Shown: positions 31,364 through 41,341 of the stretch, piece after piece
How the letters are laid out: each line of letters begins with the position of its first letter
Position numbering within the stretch: position 1 is the first letter of the stretch
The notes under the pieces: generated by a model
Databases searched by the model: none
Told to the model about the DNA's origin: nothing
What the model saw: the letters and a program-made list of their open reading frames with translations, nothing else
Virus record (IMG/VR): IMGVR_UViG_3300021963_007958
Source: a virus
DNA: 64,000 bases
Reading direction: 5' to 3' (one strand)
Program-made: the position numbers and the translations under genes

Positions 31364-31624
31364 CTAGGAACTAACCCATTTATTAATCTCGTCTGGGCTG
31401 GGATATCCAATCTCTAACTGACATTCGTCGCAAACTTTGCGCAGAGAGAAAGTGTTATCAGATCCAGATGGACAATTTTTAAGGGAATACTTTGGATGTG
31501 AGCAAGAACTTTGTATTCCTCCTAGTTCTTTTTCCAATGCCTTTATTTCACTGACTATCTTCTGAGTAGTACTAGAAATTTCCTGAGGCTGACTCTGTGA
31601 CGAGTCGCTTTCATTTGCTTCCAT
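31364..31624 (-). CDS. small Zn-ribbon-like protein
   Basis: C.H...C..C; preceded by AATATATA site. Confidence 0.55.
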   Translation of the reverse strand: MEANESDSSQSQPQEISSTTQKIVSEIKALEKELGGIQSSCSHPKYSLKNCPSGSDNTFSLRKVCDECQLEIGYPSPDEINKWVSS

Positions 31625-31672
31625 AATTGGCCAATAAAATTTAGGCTATATATTACCTGTAAATCTAACTCG

Positions 31673-32293
31673 TTAGAATTTTCCGTACGGATTAACTTTA
31701 TAATCCCAAGCCCACTGAAGGAGACCCTGACAGGTTTTTTGATATTTGTACTCTGCTTGATCTAGAGGGACATTTGCTTTTTCACAGTATCCATTTAGCA
31801 TCCCCCAGTGTCTTTTAACGAAAGCTCTAAATCTGTTAATCTGTCTAAAATCATCTTTATGTCTTCTTCCGTAGTAGAATCTAATATACCAATTAAACCA
31901 TCCATATGGATCGTCCGAGTGAATCCACTTATTTTCTAACCAAGCAGTGTGATCTAGCCCAGCCCTTATTCCATACCGATTCAGAGAAAATTTTTGTGGG
32001 TATAAAAGAATCTTCAACCTCATTTCCTCGTTCAATTGCTCAGAAAAAATTGGAACCAGATTTAAAATCTTTCTGAACTCGCTCTCGTCAACGTCTTTAA
32101 TTCCAAAATATCCGTGACCAAATATCCCAAGTTCTATCATCCGTAGTGGTGAATAACAGGTAGAAAAATTCTTGTTATCTTTAAATGAGATGACTCCGTT
32201 TTCGGCTACAACTAGACTCGGAACTCTCTCATTAGGATAAAAATTTCTATCGGGTTCAACCGGGTTACCGGGAAATAAAATAGAGCTCTTCAT
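31673..32293 (-). CDS. conserved hypothetical protein (DPYGWF.WY.RFY.GRR family)
   Basis: P..M.ELG.FG..YF, N.YG..AG, WI...DPYGWF.WY, Q.LLQWA. Confidence 0.7.
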   Translation of the reverse strand: MKSSILFPGNPVEPDRNFYPNERVPSLVVAENGVISFKDNKNFSTCYSPLRMIELGIFGHGYFGIKDVDESEFRKILNLVPIFSEQLNEEMRLKILLYPQKFSLNRYGIRAGLDHTAWLENKWIHSDDPYGWFNWYIRFYYGRRHKDDFRQINRFRAFVKRHWGMLNGYCEKANVPLDQAEYKYQKTCQGLLQWAWDYKVNPYGKF

Positions 32294-32757
32294 TATCTAC
32301 AAATAGAGTCAGCAATTGAAATAGCCCAAGGAGACTTAGATTTCCATCTAGCTGAAATCCCCATGGACTCAACCATTCCGACTGCAGATGAAAGCAGTGT
32401 ATTTGATTGGTACTTAGGATCTGGATTCAAATCAATATCAATAAAGTCTGGTTTACCAAATCCCCAACTCTCTAAAAGATGAGCTGCAGAAACACTCAGT
32501 TCAACTTCTTTCCAAAGTCTTTCAAATCTAGATCTAATCCTATCTTCCGACTGTCTACTGTAGATTACGTGTCCCCCTTTGCTCTCTTTATGAAGAACTA
32601 TCACGGTGGCAAAAGTCGTCTTATCACCTAAGTTGCTAGAGTCGCAACCGATGTAAATTTTACAACCCGGATTACTGTCGATCCAGTCAGATAGATGAGA
32701 TACCGGATTGATTATCCTCCGGTCACTTAGACTTCTCCATTCATTTAACATTTCCAT
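32293..32757 (-). CDS. RNase H-like YkuK-family protein
   Basis: IYIGCDS, RLWKEV..S, IDID.N, AD. Confidence 0.85.
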   Translation of the reverse strand: MEMLNEWRSLSDRRIINPVSHLSDWIDSNPGCKIYIGCDSSNLGDKTTFATVIVLHKESKGGHVIYSRQSEDRIRSRFERLWKEVELSVSAAHLLESWGFGKPDFIDIDLNPDPKYQSNTLLSSAVGMVESMGISARWKSKSPWAISIADSICR

Positions 32758-32834
32758 GATATTATAATATACGTATTGGAACTAAAAATTTCCTATGCCT
32801 TATGATATATACTTAAAAATAATATTTACCAGTA

Positions 32835-33443
32835 ATGCCGCAAGACAACGTGCTTAGTTTAAACGCCTTTGGAGAACTGATTGAACCAAGGGGTAAAAGA
32901 GAATATAAACAGGAAGAGCCGGTTGCTCCAGCTCCAGTCCCTAATCCGATGAACAAAGAGATCATCCCTTTGACCAGGGTAACCAAAGACGAAAAACCTG
33001 TTCTTCTTCCTGATTCACCAAAAGAAGGAGGTAGAAACTCAAGAGGAAGCAGTCAAGCAAATCAGGTTGCAGGGAAAGTTTTGATGCACATGGCTCAAAC
33101 TAAACTTCTACATTGGCAAACTAAGTCTAGAGCAGAGCACGAAGCTCTTGACGTTCTATTTGAGGATCTTGTAAAAATCGGAGACCAGCTGGTTGAATCG
33201 GTAATGGGTAAATACGGAAGACCCGAATTAACCCCAGAAGAAGCCAACTTCACTTTATCAAACTACGAAAATCCAGAAAATCCAGATGGACTACCTATAT
33301 TTATAAGCAGCATTGACAACTGTTTTAGAAATGAGTGTTCTTCTTTATTTTCTCCCGAAAAAGATCCGGAAATTCACAATATTATCCAAGAAATTTTGGG
33401 AGTAATCGATAACGTTTCTTACCTTCTAACCCTACAAAAGTAA
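32835..33443 (+). CDS. ferritin/Dps-like (DUF5856-like) protein with N-terminal extension
   Basis: LLHWQT.S.AEH.AL...D..VE...GKYG...YLL.L. Confidence 0.75.
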   Translation: MPQDNVLSLNAFGELIEPRGKREYKQEEPVAPAPVPNPMNKEIIPLTRVTKDEKPVLLPDSPKEGGRNSRGSSQANQVAGKVLMHMAQTKLLHWQTKSRAEHEALDVLFEDLVKIGDQLVESVMGKYGRPELTPEEANFTLSNYENPENPDGLPIFISSIDNCFRNECSSLFSPEKDPEIHNIIQEILGVIDNVSYLLTLQK

Positions 33444-33458
33444 TCAACTAAAAACAAT

Positions 33459-34256
33459 ATGAAAAGAATTTTATCTTTCGAAGACTATTCAAATAGAGCC
33501 AACGAGGCAGACATGTTTGGAGTAACAACCTCTTCCATGGGAAACTTACCTGCTGGATATGACGACTCAGATTCAGAAGAAGTAGAAGACACTAGAGGAA
33601 TAGATCCTTCTAAACACGCTATAAAACTAATTGCAACTGACTATAGTGATTTTGCAGTTCTAGAAGACAAGAACGGTAAGAAATACATTTTCTATATAGA
33701 TACGGAATCTCCTAATTTTGATTCCGACTATAGAGTTTATGATGAATATAGGGACGAATATTTAGATTTAGATGATCTTGGTGTCGAAGCAGCAGCCAAC
33801 GATGTTCCAGAAATGGAAATTGGATACGGAGCTGATGACTGGACAAAAGGGGAAAAAAAGCTAGTAGAACTAGACGAGGAACTAGCAGACGATCTAGTTG
33901 AAGATTTCAAGAGTATCGTCAATAAAGGATCAGATCCAAAATACAGAAGAGACACTCAGAATGTGATGGATGTTCTAAAAGAGATCGCAGAAGAACTTAA
34001 GTCTTCTAACGAGAGTGTAGATTACGAAGAATCTGAAACCGATGGAAAACCAGGAGACGAAGAATCTGAAACCGACGAAACAACTGAAGTTATGGAGTCC
34101 GAAGGAATTCACCCAGCAATCAGACAAAAACTAATGGATTATCTAAAAGATAATCCGGATGCAACATATGCAGAAGCTAAAAAATTCATCGGTGAAAAAA
34201 TTGCAGGGTGGAAACTAACTTCCGAAGACTTTGAAGAAGCTCAAAAATCAATGTAA
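33459..34256 (+). CDS. acidic putative internal head protein
   Basis: CTS-like MKRILSFEDYSNRANEA; internal SNES/VMES sites. Confidence 0.55.
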   Translation: MKRILSFEDYSNRANEADMFGVTTSSMGNLPAGYDDSDSEEVEDTRGIDPSKHAIKLIATDYSDFAVLEDKNGKKYIFYIDTESPNFDSDYRVYDEYRDEYLDLDDLGVEAAANDVPEMEIGYGADDWTKGEKKLVELDEELADDLVEDFKSIVNKGSDPKYRRDTQNVMDVLKEIAEELKSSNESVDYEESETDGKPGDEESETDETTEVMESEGIHPAIRQKLMDYLKDNPDATYAEAKKFIGEKIAGWKLTSEDFEEAQKSM

Positions 34257-34258
34257 TT

Positions 34259-34639
34259 ATGACTACACACGTTCAAGAATATGATTCATTTCTAAATGAA
34301 TCAATGAATCCAAAATCTGCAACTGCAAACATTATCGAAGTTGTTACCAATGGAATGGGATGGATTGATCCAGACTATGCAATAGAGATGTTTATGGATC
34401 TAACTGGCCTTCCTGGTGATAACCAAGAAGTTGATTCTATGTTAGCTGCACTTTCGGATCTAGATCTTCTTTATTATGAGGATGATTCTGTTTCAAATCA
34501 TAAAGGAAAAAGAGTAGAGTTTGGACAGATTACAATGAAAGAAATGCCTCACAAAGCTCCGATGGACTCTCATAAAATGGGACCATCAACTATGGAATCA
34601 CAAAAATATAGGCTGAAGAGATTCGATGAGTTTAATTAA
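34259..34639 (+). CDS. putative internal head protein
   Basis: CTS-like at both ends (HVQEYDSFLNES; RLKRFDEFN*). Confidence 0.55.
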   Translation: MTTHVQEYDSFLNESMNPKSATANIIEVVTNGMGWIDPDYAIEMFMDLTGLPGDNQEVDSMLAALSDLDLLYYEDDSVSNHKGKRVEFGQITMKEMPHKAPMDSHKMGPSTMESQKYRLKRFDEFN

Positions 34640-35363
34640 GGGATTTGACGAATTTCTTTTAGAAGGATCCTACGATAAACTAACGGGGGAGATTGCTTCT
34701 GCCGTAATGAGAAAAATTAAAGAGACTAACACCGGAGAAGAAGAATTCGACGGTATAAAAATCATTTATGGTCCAGGAGACGATGTTCCAAGTTTTTATG
34801 AAATGATTGAAAACGAGGAATATCTAGACATTGATCACTTCATAGATACTGTTTCCGGGATAGACGTTAGAGTTTGTATTGCAATAGTTAGAGACGAATC
34901 TCCAGAATACCAAGGGGAATTTATTTTAGATGGGGAGACTGACGATCAAAATTCTATCATTTACCTCTATCTGTATTTAACCCCAGGCACAGAACCTAGA
35001 GTTTACCCTGAAATTGCAATAGATCTAAGAAATCTTATTAGACACGAGGTTGAGCATCTAACTCAAAGAGGATGGGGAGAAAAAGAAGGAAAGAGAATGA
35101 GAAGAAATGAAGGAGTTAGAAAAAGAATTACAAGTAATCCTGAACTGTATTACAAATACTACACTCTGAAGGATGAAATTCCTGCAAATCTTCAAGGCCT
35201 TTATTCCGAAGCAAAAACTAGAAAACTACCATTTAAAGAGGTAGTTCATAATTATCTAGATAAAAAAGTTGAGCAAGGGGTTATTCCACCTATAGAGAAG
35301 ATGAGAATCTATCGTCTTTGGAAGGCTGCTGCTCAGAAGATTGGTGGACTTCCTCCACTTTAA
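34626..35363 (+). CDS. putative zinc metallopeptidase-like protein
   Basis: HEVEH..Q HEXXH plus downstream E..A; CTS-like MSLIKGFDEFLLEG. Confidence 0.6.
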   Translation: MSLIKGFDEFLLEGSYDKLTGEIASAVMRKIKETNTGEEEFDGIKIIYGPGDDVPSFYEMIENEEYLDIDHFIDTVSGIDVRVCIAIVRDESPEYQGEFILDGETDDQNSIIYLYLYLTPGTEPRVYPEIAIDLRNLIRHEVEHLTQRGWGEKEGKRMRRNEGVRKRITSNPELYYKYYTLKDEIPANLQGLYSEAKTRKLPFKEVVHNYLDKKVEQGVIPPIEKMRIYRLWKAAAQKIGGLPPL

Positions 35364-35562
35364 GCTTAATTTTTACTGGGAGAATATTTCCTATTTCTCC
35401 GCAGATATAATTAACATAAACCTTCTTTTCTAAGTTATAGATAGAAACCATCACATATCCAAGTTCTGTGATGTAAATGTCCTCTATTCTATTTGATCCT
35501 GTATCCCCCTCTACTTCTACGGGGAATTTACAAACGTTTTTTCTTATTGATTTGTGTTCCAT
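35290..35562 (-). CDS. hypothetical protein
   Basis: 90-aa ORF filling the gap, overlapping both neighbours. Confidence 0.4.
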   Translation of the reverse strand: MEHKSIRKNVCKFPVEVEGDTGSNRIEDIYITELGYVMVSIYNLEKKVYVNYICGEIGNILPVKIKLKVEEVHQSSEQQPSKDDRFSSSL

Positions 35563-36437
35563 TTTAATTTAGAAATGTAGTCGCTAAAACTTGAGACCTG
35601 CACACTTCTAAACTTCTGAACTGAAGACTCCTTAACTAGTCCTCCTTCTTCCTTTATAGTCTCTTCTTTATTAGGGATTTCTGCTCCCCAGGATTGTTCA
35701 AAGGCATTGGGAGCCTCTTGATACGATTTTTGTTCCTCATCTAGGGTATCTCTAGTAAACTGCCATCCCATAAATAACTCTTGGGGAGTTTCGAACCCAA
35801 AGAAATTCAAAACGTGATATTGTACTTCTAAAGATTCCTGAACTCTCCAGTTCTGACCGAGAAGAATCATTCCTGCTTTTTTCCCCTTAATGGTATTGGG
35901 TCCTTCGTAGGTTGTATGTGAACTTTCGATCCAATCTAATCTTTCAATTAACTTCTGATAGATTGCGTTAGGATTTCCCCATCTATTAGAAGCAAAGAAA
36001 ACAATGGCATCCGCTGTGTATATCTCATTCGCTATCTTCCAAAGCTCGTCGTCTTTGTAGTCTAAAGAAGCCCAGCACTTTAAATGTCCATGAGGGTTTT
36101 TCTTTTCATCCTTAAGCTTAGCCTCTGGAGACCCACACATATTACCTTTTAATTCGCTGACGCACCCAAGACAGTTGTGGATCTTCAGTTTTGCTGCATC
36201 CATCAGAACAACCTCAACCCCTCTTTCTTCGAGAAGTTCTTTGAAGTGCTCTGCTAATCTGGTTGATTTTGGTTTTTCTCCTTTGTCGGAGATGTATTCG
36301 CCTCTGTTGCTGGTGGTAACAAAAAGAACCCTTTTCTCGGCAGATAATGTGCTAAGAAAAGGGTAAATATTTTCCATTTCTGGTCCATATTTAACCTGGA
36401 TATTTATATCCGATAATAAATTATTAGGACCTGGCAT
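35544..36437 (-). CDS. flavodoxin-like NAD(P)H-dependent FMN reductase / iron-sulfur flavoprotein
   Basis: TTS.R...KS..LA, IHNCLGC...C...C, ADAIVF, ERL, GK.AG. Confidence 0.75.
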   Translation of the reverse strand: MPGPNNLLSDINIQVKYGPEMENIYPFLSTLSAEKRVLFVTTSNRGEYISDKGEKPKSTRLAEHFKELLEERGVEVVLMDAAKLKIHNCLGCVSELKGNMCGSPEAKLKDEKKNPHGHLKCWASLDYKDDELWKIANEIYTADAIVFFASNRWGNPNAIYQKLIERLDWIESSHTTYEGPNTIKGKKAGMILLGQNWRVQESLEVQYHVLNFFGFETPQELFMGWQFTRDTLDEEQKSYQEAPNAFEQSWGAEIPNKEETIKEEGGLVKESSVQKFRSVQVSSFSDYISKLKWNTNQ

Positions 36438-36442
36438 GTTGA

Positions 36443-36892
36443 TTACTCGTCGTCTTCGTCTTCTTCGTCGTCTGACTTGCTCGACGTGTCTAGCATTCCG
36501 GATTTAACCAATGCCTTCGCAACAGCATCTTTTCCGCCCATTAGGGCATTGAATCCTTCTGCATCATCAGAATCTTCCATTTCCCCACCTCCGTGTTGCT
36601 CCTCGTCTCCGTGATATCCCATTTCGATGCTATTAGCCATGAAATGATAAACCTCTTCTACATCATCAACGGAAGTTGCAATGTGATCCAAAGCCCACCC
36701 GTGACCATTAGTCAGGATTTCATCAACTTCGTGTGGATCTAGCTCTAGAAGTTCGTCAATTGCATTTTTAAGTGTGTGAAGATTCTGGAAGAACATATAG
36801 TTATTTAGTTCATGCCCCTCGTGATTTTCGTGGATTTCTCCTTGTGAAAAATCGTTAGATTCGAACTCTTCAAAAAATTTGATGTTTTTCAT
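36443..36892 (-). CDS. acidic putative internal head protein
   Basis: CTS-like MKNIKFFEEFES; His/Glu-rich. Confidence 0.55.
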   Translation of the reverse strand: MKNIKFFEEFESNDFSQGEIHENHEGHELNNYMFFQNLHTLKNAIDELLELDPHEVDEILTNGHGWALDHIATSVDDVEEVYHFMANSIEMGYHGDEEQHGGGEMEDSDDAEGFNALMGGKDAVAKALVKSGMLDTSSKSDDEEDEDDE

Positions 36893-36909
36893 ATTTAGAT
36901 TTATTTGTA

Positions 36910-36921
36910 GGATATATATCC
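36910..36921. promoter_or_regulatory. palindromic divergent late promoter GGATATATATCC
   Basis: GATATATA on both strands between divergent CTS-bearing genes. Confidence 0.65.
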
Positions 36922-36953
36922 GGAAGTAAAACTAAAAAATCAATAAAAAAATA

Positions 36954-38534
36954 ATGGGAAAAAGAGTATTAGATTTTGACGGATATGTCCAAAATCACAC
37001 TAGAACAAACGAATCGAAATTTGGAGACTTCATCTCTAAGGTTGGTTCTGCTATATCTTCAGGTGTAGCTAGATTTGCAAAGTTTGTTAAAGAAGGAATT
37101 ATCAAGATGATTCCAGCAGGTCCAAAAAAAGGAACCCCGGCAGCAAACTACTTTTCTGAAGAAAATGGAAGTATTCTAGATCAAGTAAATGCACTTTACG
37201 CAGGAACTGAATTTGCTAAGATGAACCCAGTAGGTGTAAATGAGTCAGAGTCTTACGATGACGTAGACGAAGCAAGAGTTCCTCTTGAATATACCGGAGA
37301 AGATCAAACAGTTAGAAACGTTGGTCCGGATGAACTTAAAGACATGTTAGGTAAACTCTACAGATCAAAAGAAAGAGGAGGAAGAGCAAAACCTATCTTT
37401 ATCTACGGAGCACCCGGTATCGGTAAAACCCAAATCGTTGCTCAAGCAGCAGATGCAGCTGGAGTTGATATGATTAACTTAGACCTTCAATTCATGGCGC
37501 CAGAAGACTTTATGGGAATTCCTAAAGTTGTTGATATCGAAGAGCCAGAGTATGAGGAAGGAAGACTAAAGTCTGTTGGTAAAGGGGTAACGAGATCTAA
37601 CCCTCCTGCAGTTCTTCCCGTTGATAACGGGCCAGATAATAAAGGTGGATTTATCTTTATGGACGAAATGAACAGAGCAAACAAGAGAGTTCTAAACTCT
37701 ATGATGCAGTTCGTTCAAATGGGTAGAATTGGTCAATATCAACTTCCTGATAAATGGGTAATCGTTGCAGCTGGTAACAGACCAGAAGACGTATCTGGAG
37801 CAGGGGAAGTTGCAGAATTCGACTTTGCGATGGCGGACAGATTTAACATTATCAACTTCGTTCCGGATCCTAAGAAATGGGCAGAGTGGGCTAAAGGTAA
37901 AGGATCTTTCGAACCAGAAATTGTTGGATTTGTTGAAAGAAACCCAGAACTTTTCCACTACTTGGATAACGAAAAGAATGCTCTTAAATTCCCAACCCCA
38001 CGTTCTTGGACCGATGCAGCAATGGCACTTAAAGACGAGCTGATCGACACAGGAGCTAAAGATTGGAGAGATCTTCCAACAGATAGAATCTTCGACATCT
38101 ACTCAGATGCGATCGGACCATCAGCAGCAGGAAAATTAAAAGCTTACTTGGACATCATCAAGAGAATTCCAGAAAGAGATCTTGAGATGATCGTTACAAA
38201 TCCAGATAAGGCTACTCCAATTTCTAAAGGACCTGAATTCTCTAGCGTTTGCTACGGTCTATATGAAATGGCACTCAGAAAGGCAGAAGAGATGAACAAC
38301 GGTAAAGCTACTGTTGAGAACCTATACAACATCATGAAGTACTATCAGATGCTAGACAACCTTGAAATTCTTTCATGGGTTTATGCTAGAATCAAAGAGA
38401 AGTACCCAGAATTTGCTCTTACCGAAGACACCCTAAAAGAAAAAGATACCCCAGAAGGCAAGATGAAAATCGAAGCTGCAATGATGGTTAAGAAGGGAAT
38501 GGAAGGTAAGGGTCTAGTTACTCCTAAAAAATAA
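36954..38534 (+). CDS. MoxR-like AAA+ ATPase
   Basis: GAPGIGKT, FMDEMNRA, VAAGNR, A..DRF, FPTPRSW. Confidence 0.9.
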   Translation: MGKRVLDFDGYVQNHTRTNESKFGDFISKVGSAISSGVARFAKFVKEGIIKMIPAGPKKGTPAANYFSEENGSILDQVNALYAGTEFAKMNPVGVNESESYDDVDEARVPLEYTGEDQTVRNVGPDELKDMLGKLYRSKERGGRAKPIFIYGAPGIGKTQIVAQAADAAGVDMINLDLQFMAPEDFMGIPKVVDIEEPEYEEGRLKSVGKGVTRSNPPAVLPVDNGPDNKGGFIFMDEMNRANKRVLNSMMQFVQMGRIGQYQLPDKWVIVAAGNRPEDVSGAGEVAEFDFAMADRFNIINFVPDPKKWAEWAKGKGSFEPEIVGFVERNPELFHYLDNEKNALKFPTPRSWTDAAMALKDELIDTGAKDWRDLPTDRIFDIYSDAIGPSAAGKLKAYLDIIKRIPERDLEMIVTNPDKATPISKGPEFSSVCYGLYEMALRKAEEMNNGKATVENLYNIMKYYQMLDNLEILSWVYARIKEKYPEFALTEDTLKEKDTPEGKMKIEAAMMVKKGMEGKGLVTPKK

Positions 38535-38552
38535 AACAAAGTCCAAGAGACA

Positions 38553-39488
38553 ATGAAGTTTAGTAAAATCCATGTCGATATAGTGGACACCTTTGAGAAA
38601 TTTCAAGGGGAAAGGGTCAAGAGTTTTTCACAATTTGTTGTTGAAAATTTAGGCCCAACTCTTAATGAATCTGACTATCAGAAGGAAATTGATGCAAGGG
38701 TGAAAGTTCATAGAAATCTTCTGTGGATTAATGCAAGGAAGGGATTCTTTGCTCAGCTACTTTCTAAATTAAATATCTACGGAGTTTCTGATCCTAGATA
38801 TCAGACAATGTGTACTAACGGATTTAATATCCAGTACCACCCAGATTTTGTTCTAGGCCAGTCTGATGCAGCAATTAGATTTGTTCTCTGCCACGAGATT
38901 CTTCACTGTGTGGGAGACCACATGTCCAGAAGGGGAAGCAGAGATCCTTTGCTTTGGAACTATGCCTGTGATTATGCGATCAATCCTATTCTAAATGTTG
39001 AAGTTGTTGGGGGAGCATTTGAATGGCCATCCAATTTGGACGGAAGCAGAATGGGTCTCTATGAAGAGAAATACGAGGGAATGAAAGCGGAAGACATCTA
39101 CGATCTTTTAGTAGAAGATAAACAGCAACAGGAAAAAGCAGACGAAGCGTTCAAGGACGATCCTCAAAAAGGAATGCACGTAATCGATGCAGACGAAGAT
39201 CTTGGGGAACCTAATGAAGAGTCCGTAGTTCAGGAAGTTGGCGACGAAGAAGGTGAAGAAGGTGAAGGACAAAAACCAGGAATGCCAAAACCAGGAGAAG
39301 AGCAGGGAGAAGGCGAGCCACAAAAAGGACAGGGTAAACCAGGAGAAGAAGAGGGAGATGGTAAAGAGGAAGGTGGATCCGGGCAGGATCTGGTTGGAAG
39401 AAGAGTTAGAATTACCGCAGGACCAAATGCGGGACAAATGGGAACAATTAAACAGGTTCTATCTAACGGAGATATTATAATCGAATAA
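38553..39488 (+). CDS. DUF2201_N-like putative metallopeptidase with C-terminal KOW-like motif
   Basis: TMCTNG..I.Y.P.F, HEILH, WN.ACDYAIN; acidic G/E linker; GRRVRITAGPNAGQMG. Confidence 0.85.
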   Translation: MKFSKIHVDIVDTFEKFQGERVKSFSQFVVENLGPTLNESDYQKEIDARVKVHRNLLWINARKGFFAQLLSKLNIYGVSDPRYQTMCTNGFNIQYHPDFVLGQSDAAIRFVLCHEILHCVGDHMSRRGSRDPLLWNYACDYAINPILNVEVVGGAFEWPSNLDGSRMGLYEEKYEGMKAEDIYDLLVEDKQQQEKADEAFKDDPQKGMHVIDADEDLGEPNEESVVQEVGDEEGEEGEGQKPGMPKPGEEQGEGEPQKGQGKPGEEEGDGKEEGGSGQDLVGRRVRITAGPNAGQMGTIKQVLSNGDIIIE

Positions 39489-39489
39489 C

Positions 39490-40491
39490 ATGCAAGTTAA
39501 AAAAGGAGATTTCGTAATCGTAGACGTAGATACCGTAGAGCCAGGAGGAAAACCTGCCGGCCAGGATAAACCACAATCTAAAGACCAATCAAGTTCCCCA
39601 CAGGAACTAGAAAGAGCCCCAGATCAGGTAGAAAAGCCAGGACTGGATATAGGAGGAAAATCTGGTGCCGGATACGAGAGATCAGGAAACATCCAAAAAG
39701 GAGGTTCGTCTAAAAAGTATTCGTCCCAAAAAGCTCTAGGGCAAGGAGGGACTAAAGCTGAAGCATCTGCTAAATGGGAGAATGCTCTTAGAGATGCTAT
39801 TTCTAGAGCTGGATCTACACTATCAGATAAAGCAAGAAGATTATTAGCAGAACTAAAATCATCTAAACCTAAAGTTGACTGGAAGAAGGAACTTAAAAAG
39901 TTCATGGACTCTGCAATGACTAAGTTTGAAGACGTTCTACCAAATAAGAGATTTTTAGGAAGTGGTGATGTTCTATATGGAACTGAACTAGCAGGAAAAG
40001 ACACTTTGAAGACATTGGTTCTTCCTGTGGACACTTCTGGATCTATTTCGAAGGATCAGATTGGAGCATTTTTAACCGAGGTATTTTCACTAGCTACTAA
40101 GTTTGATATTGATGTAACTTACATAGTTTACACTTCGGATTCTATCGACTCGATAGATGTAGTTCCCAAAGGTAAGAAACCAGACCTTAGTATGATCAGA
40201 TCTACTGGTGGTAACAGAGAAGGATTCTTCCCTCCATTTAGATTCATCAAAGAACCTAAGAAATATCAAGGGAAAGCAAACGCTCCACTACCAAAGTCTA
40301 TTAACCCATCAACAGTAATTTACTTCACGGATACTTTTGCTGAATATCCAACCAAAAATGATTTTGGGATTGCTAAGTATGCAAATAGAGTATTCTGGTT
40401 TATCTGCTTAAGCAAAGACCAGAACTTTAATAAACCACCATTTGGAAAGTACATTCACGTTCCAATCGATAGCAAAGGTAATTTTACCTAA
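39490..40491 (+). CDS. DUF2201-like VWA domain protein
   Basis: VDW...L..F, MIDAS DTSGS, GG, YFTD. Confidence 0.85.
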   Translation: MQVKKGDFVIVDVDTVEPGGKPAGQDKPQSKDQSSSPQELERAPDQVEKPGLDIGGKSGAGYERSGNIQKGGSSKKYSSQKALGQGGTKAEASAKWENALRDAISRAGSTLSDKARRLLAELKSSKPKVDWKKELKKFMDSAMTKFEDVLPNKRFLGSGDVLYGTELAGKDTLKTLVLPVDTSGSISKDQIGAFLTEVFSLATKFDIDVTYIVYTSDSIDSIDVVPKGKKPDLSMIRSTGGNREGFFPPFRFIKEPKKYQGKANAPLPKSINPSTVIYFTDTFAEYPTKNDFGIAKYANRVFWFICLSKDQNFNKPPFGKYIHVPIDSKGNFT

Positions 40492-40846
40492 AAATTTTAA
40501 CTTTCCCAGATTCTTTGAGAATTTGATCTTCATCAATCTCAACATACAAAGGACCTTCTAGGTCCTTTTCTTTGAGGATATAATCTAGATCTAGATCTTC
40601 CTCTGTTGCAACCACTTTTCTGGGATTGACCAACTTACTTCCATCTTTTAAGTAATAGATGTATGCATCAAATGGGTCTTTTTCGTCAATGGATTCAACT
40701 CTAGTTAGTCCATATAATCCAATAACTGGGTCACCTACTTTTAACTTTCCTCCTCTGGGTAAGGCTAACACATATGTTTCCTCGTTCGACTTTAGATAAG
40801 CCGACCCCTCTTTCTTTATTTTAAGTAATTCAACTCTTGATTTCAT
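40484..40846 (-). CDS. hypothetical protein
   Basis: 120-aa ORF. Confidence 0.6.
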   Translation of the reverse strand: MKSRVELLKIKKEGSAYLKSNEETYVLALPRGGKLKVGDPVIGLYGLTRVESIDEKDPFDAYIYYLKDGSKLVNPRKVVATEEDLDLDYILKEKDLEGPLYVEIDEDQILKESGKVKIFR

Positions 40847-40852
40847 GATACT

Positions 40853-41341
40853 CTATGAAATTTGTTTTCTGATCTCTTCTGCTACTGTTTTACCGACGCC
40901 GTAAGACATATCATAGTCGTTATCAGTAAAGACTGAGAATTTAATCCCCATAAAGTTTGGAATTTTCTTTGGCGTAAGTCTAATTAAAATGGAATATTCA
41001 TCATCGTCGATGTGAGGATCTGCTTGAATTTCATATCCTATTTCTATCTTCTTGTCCTCAGCTAGTCCAACATCTGATAGATCTGAGATAAGGTCATCTA
41101 GATCGGACGGATTTGGCTTTTGTAAATAGATCTCTATAATTCCCTTTCCAGAGTCTCCCCCAACTGCAGTTGAATATTCGCTGCTAACTGGATTTACTAC
41201 TTCAACCGACTTCAACTCATATCCATTTTTCAAAGATGATTTAGAGGCAAGTGCAATTGTAACCCATCTCTGGATTTGTTCTCCCCATTTTAAATGGTCA
41301 GAAGACTGGTGTTGATCATATTCAAGTAGATGCTTCATCAT
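40853..41341 (-). CDS. hypothetical protein with CTS-like leader and internal acidic tag
   Basis: MKHLLEYD; DLDDLISDLSDVGL. Confidence 0.65.
   Translation of the reverse strand: MMKHLLEYDQHQSSDHLKWGEQIQRWVTIALASKSSLKNGYELKSVEVVNPVSSEYSTAVGGDSGKGIIEIYLQKPNPSDLDDLISDLSDVGLAEDKKIEIGYEIQADPHIDDDEYSILIRLTPKKIPNFMGIKFSVFTDNDYDMSYGVGKTVAEEIRKQIS

Noticed and set aside
34024-34075. 19-bp direct repeat ACGAAGAATCTGAAACCGA
   Set aside because: Local duplication in an acidic low-complexity linker (EESETD x2); no further significance evident.
39483-39492. Programmed +1 frameshift fusing peptidase and VWA
   Set aside because: No recognisable slippery site; an ATG right after the stop fits translational coupling better (not fully excluded).
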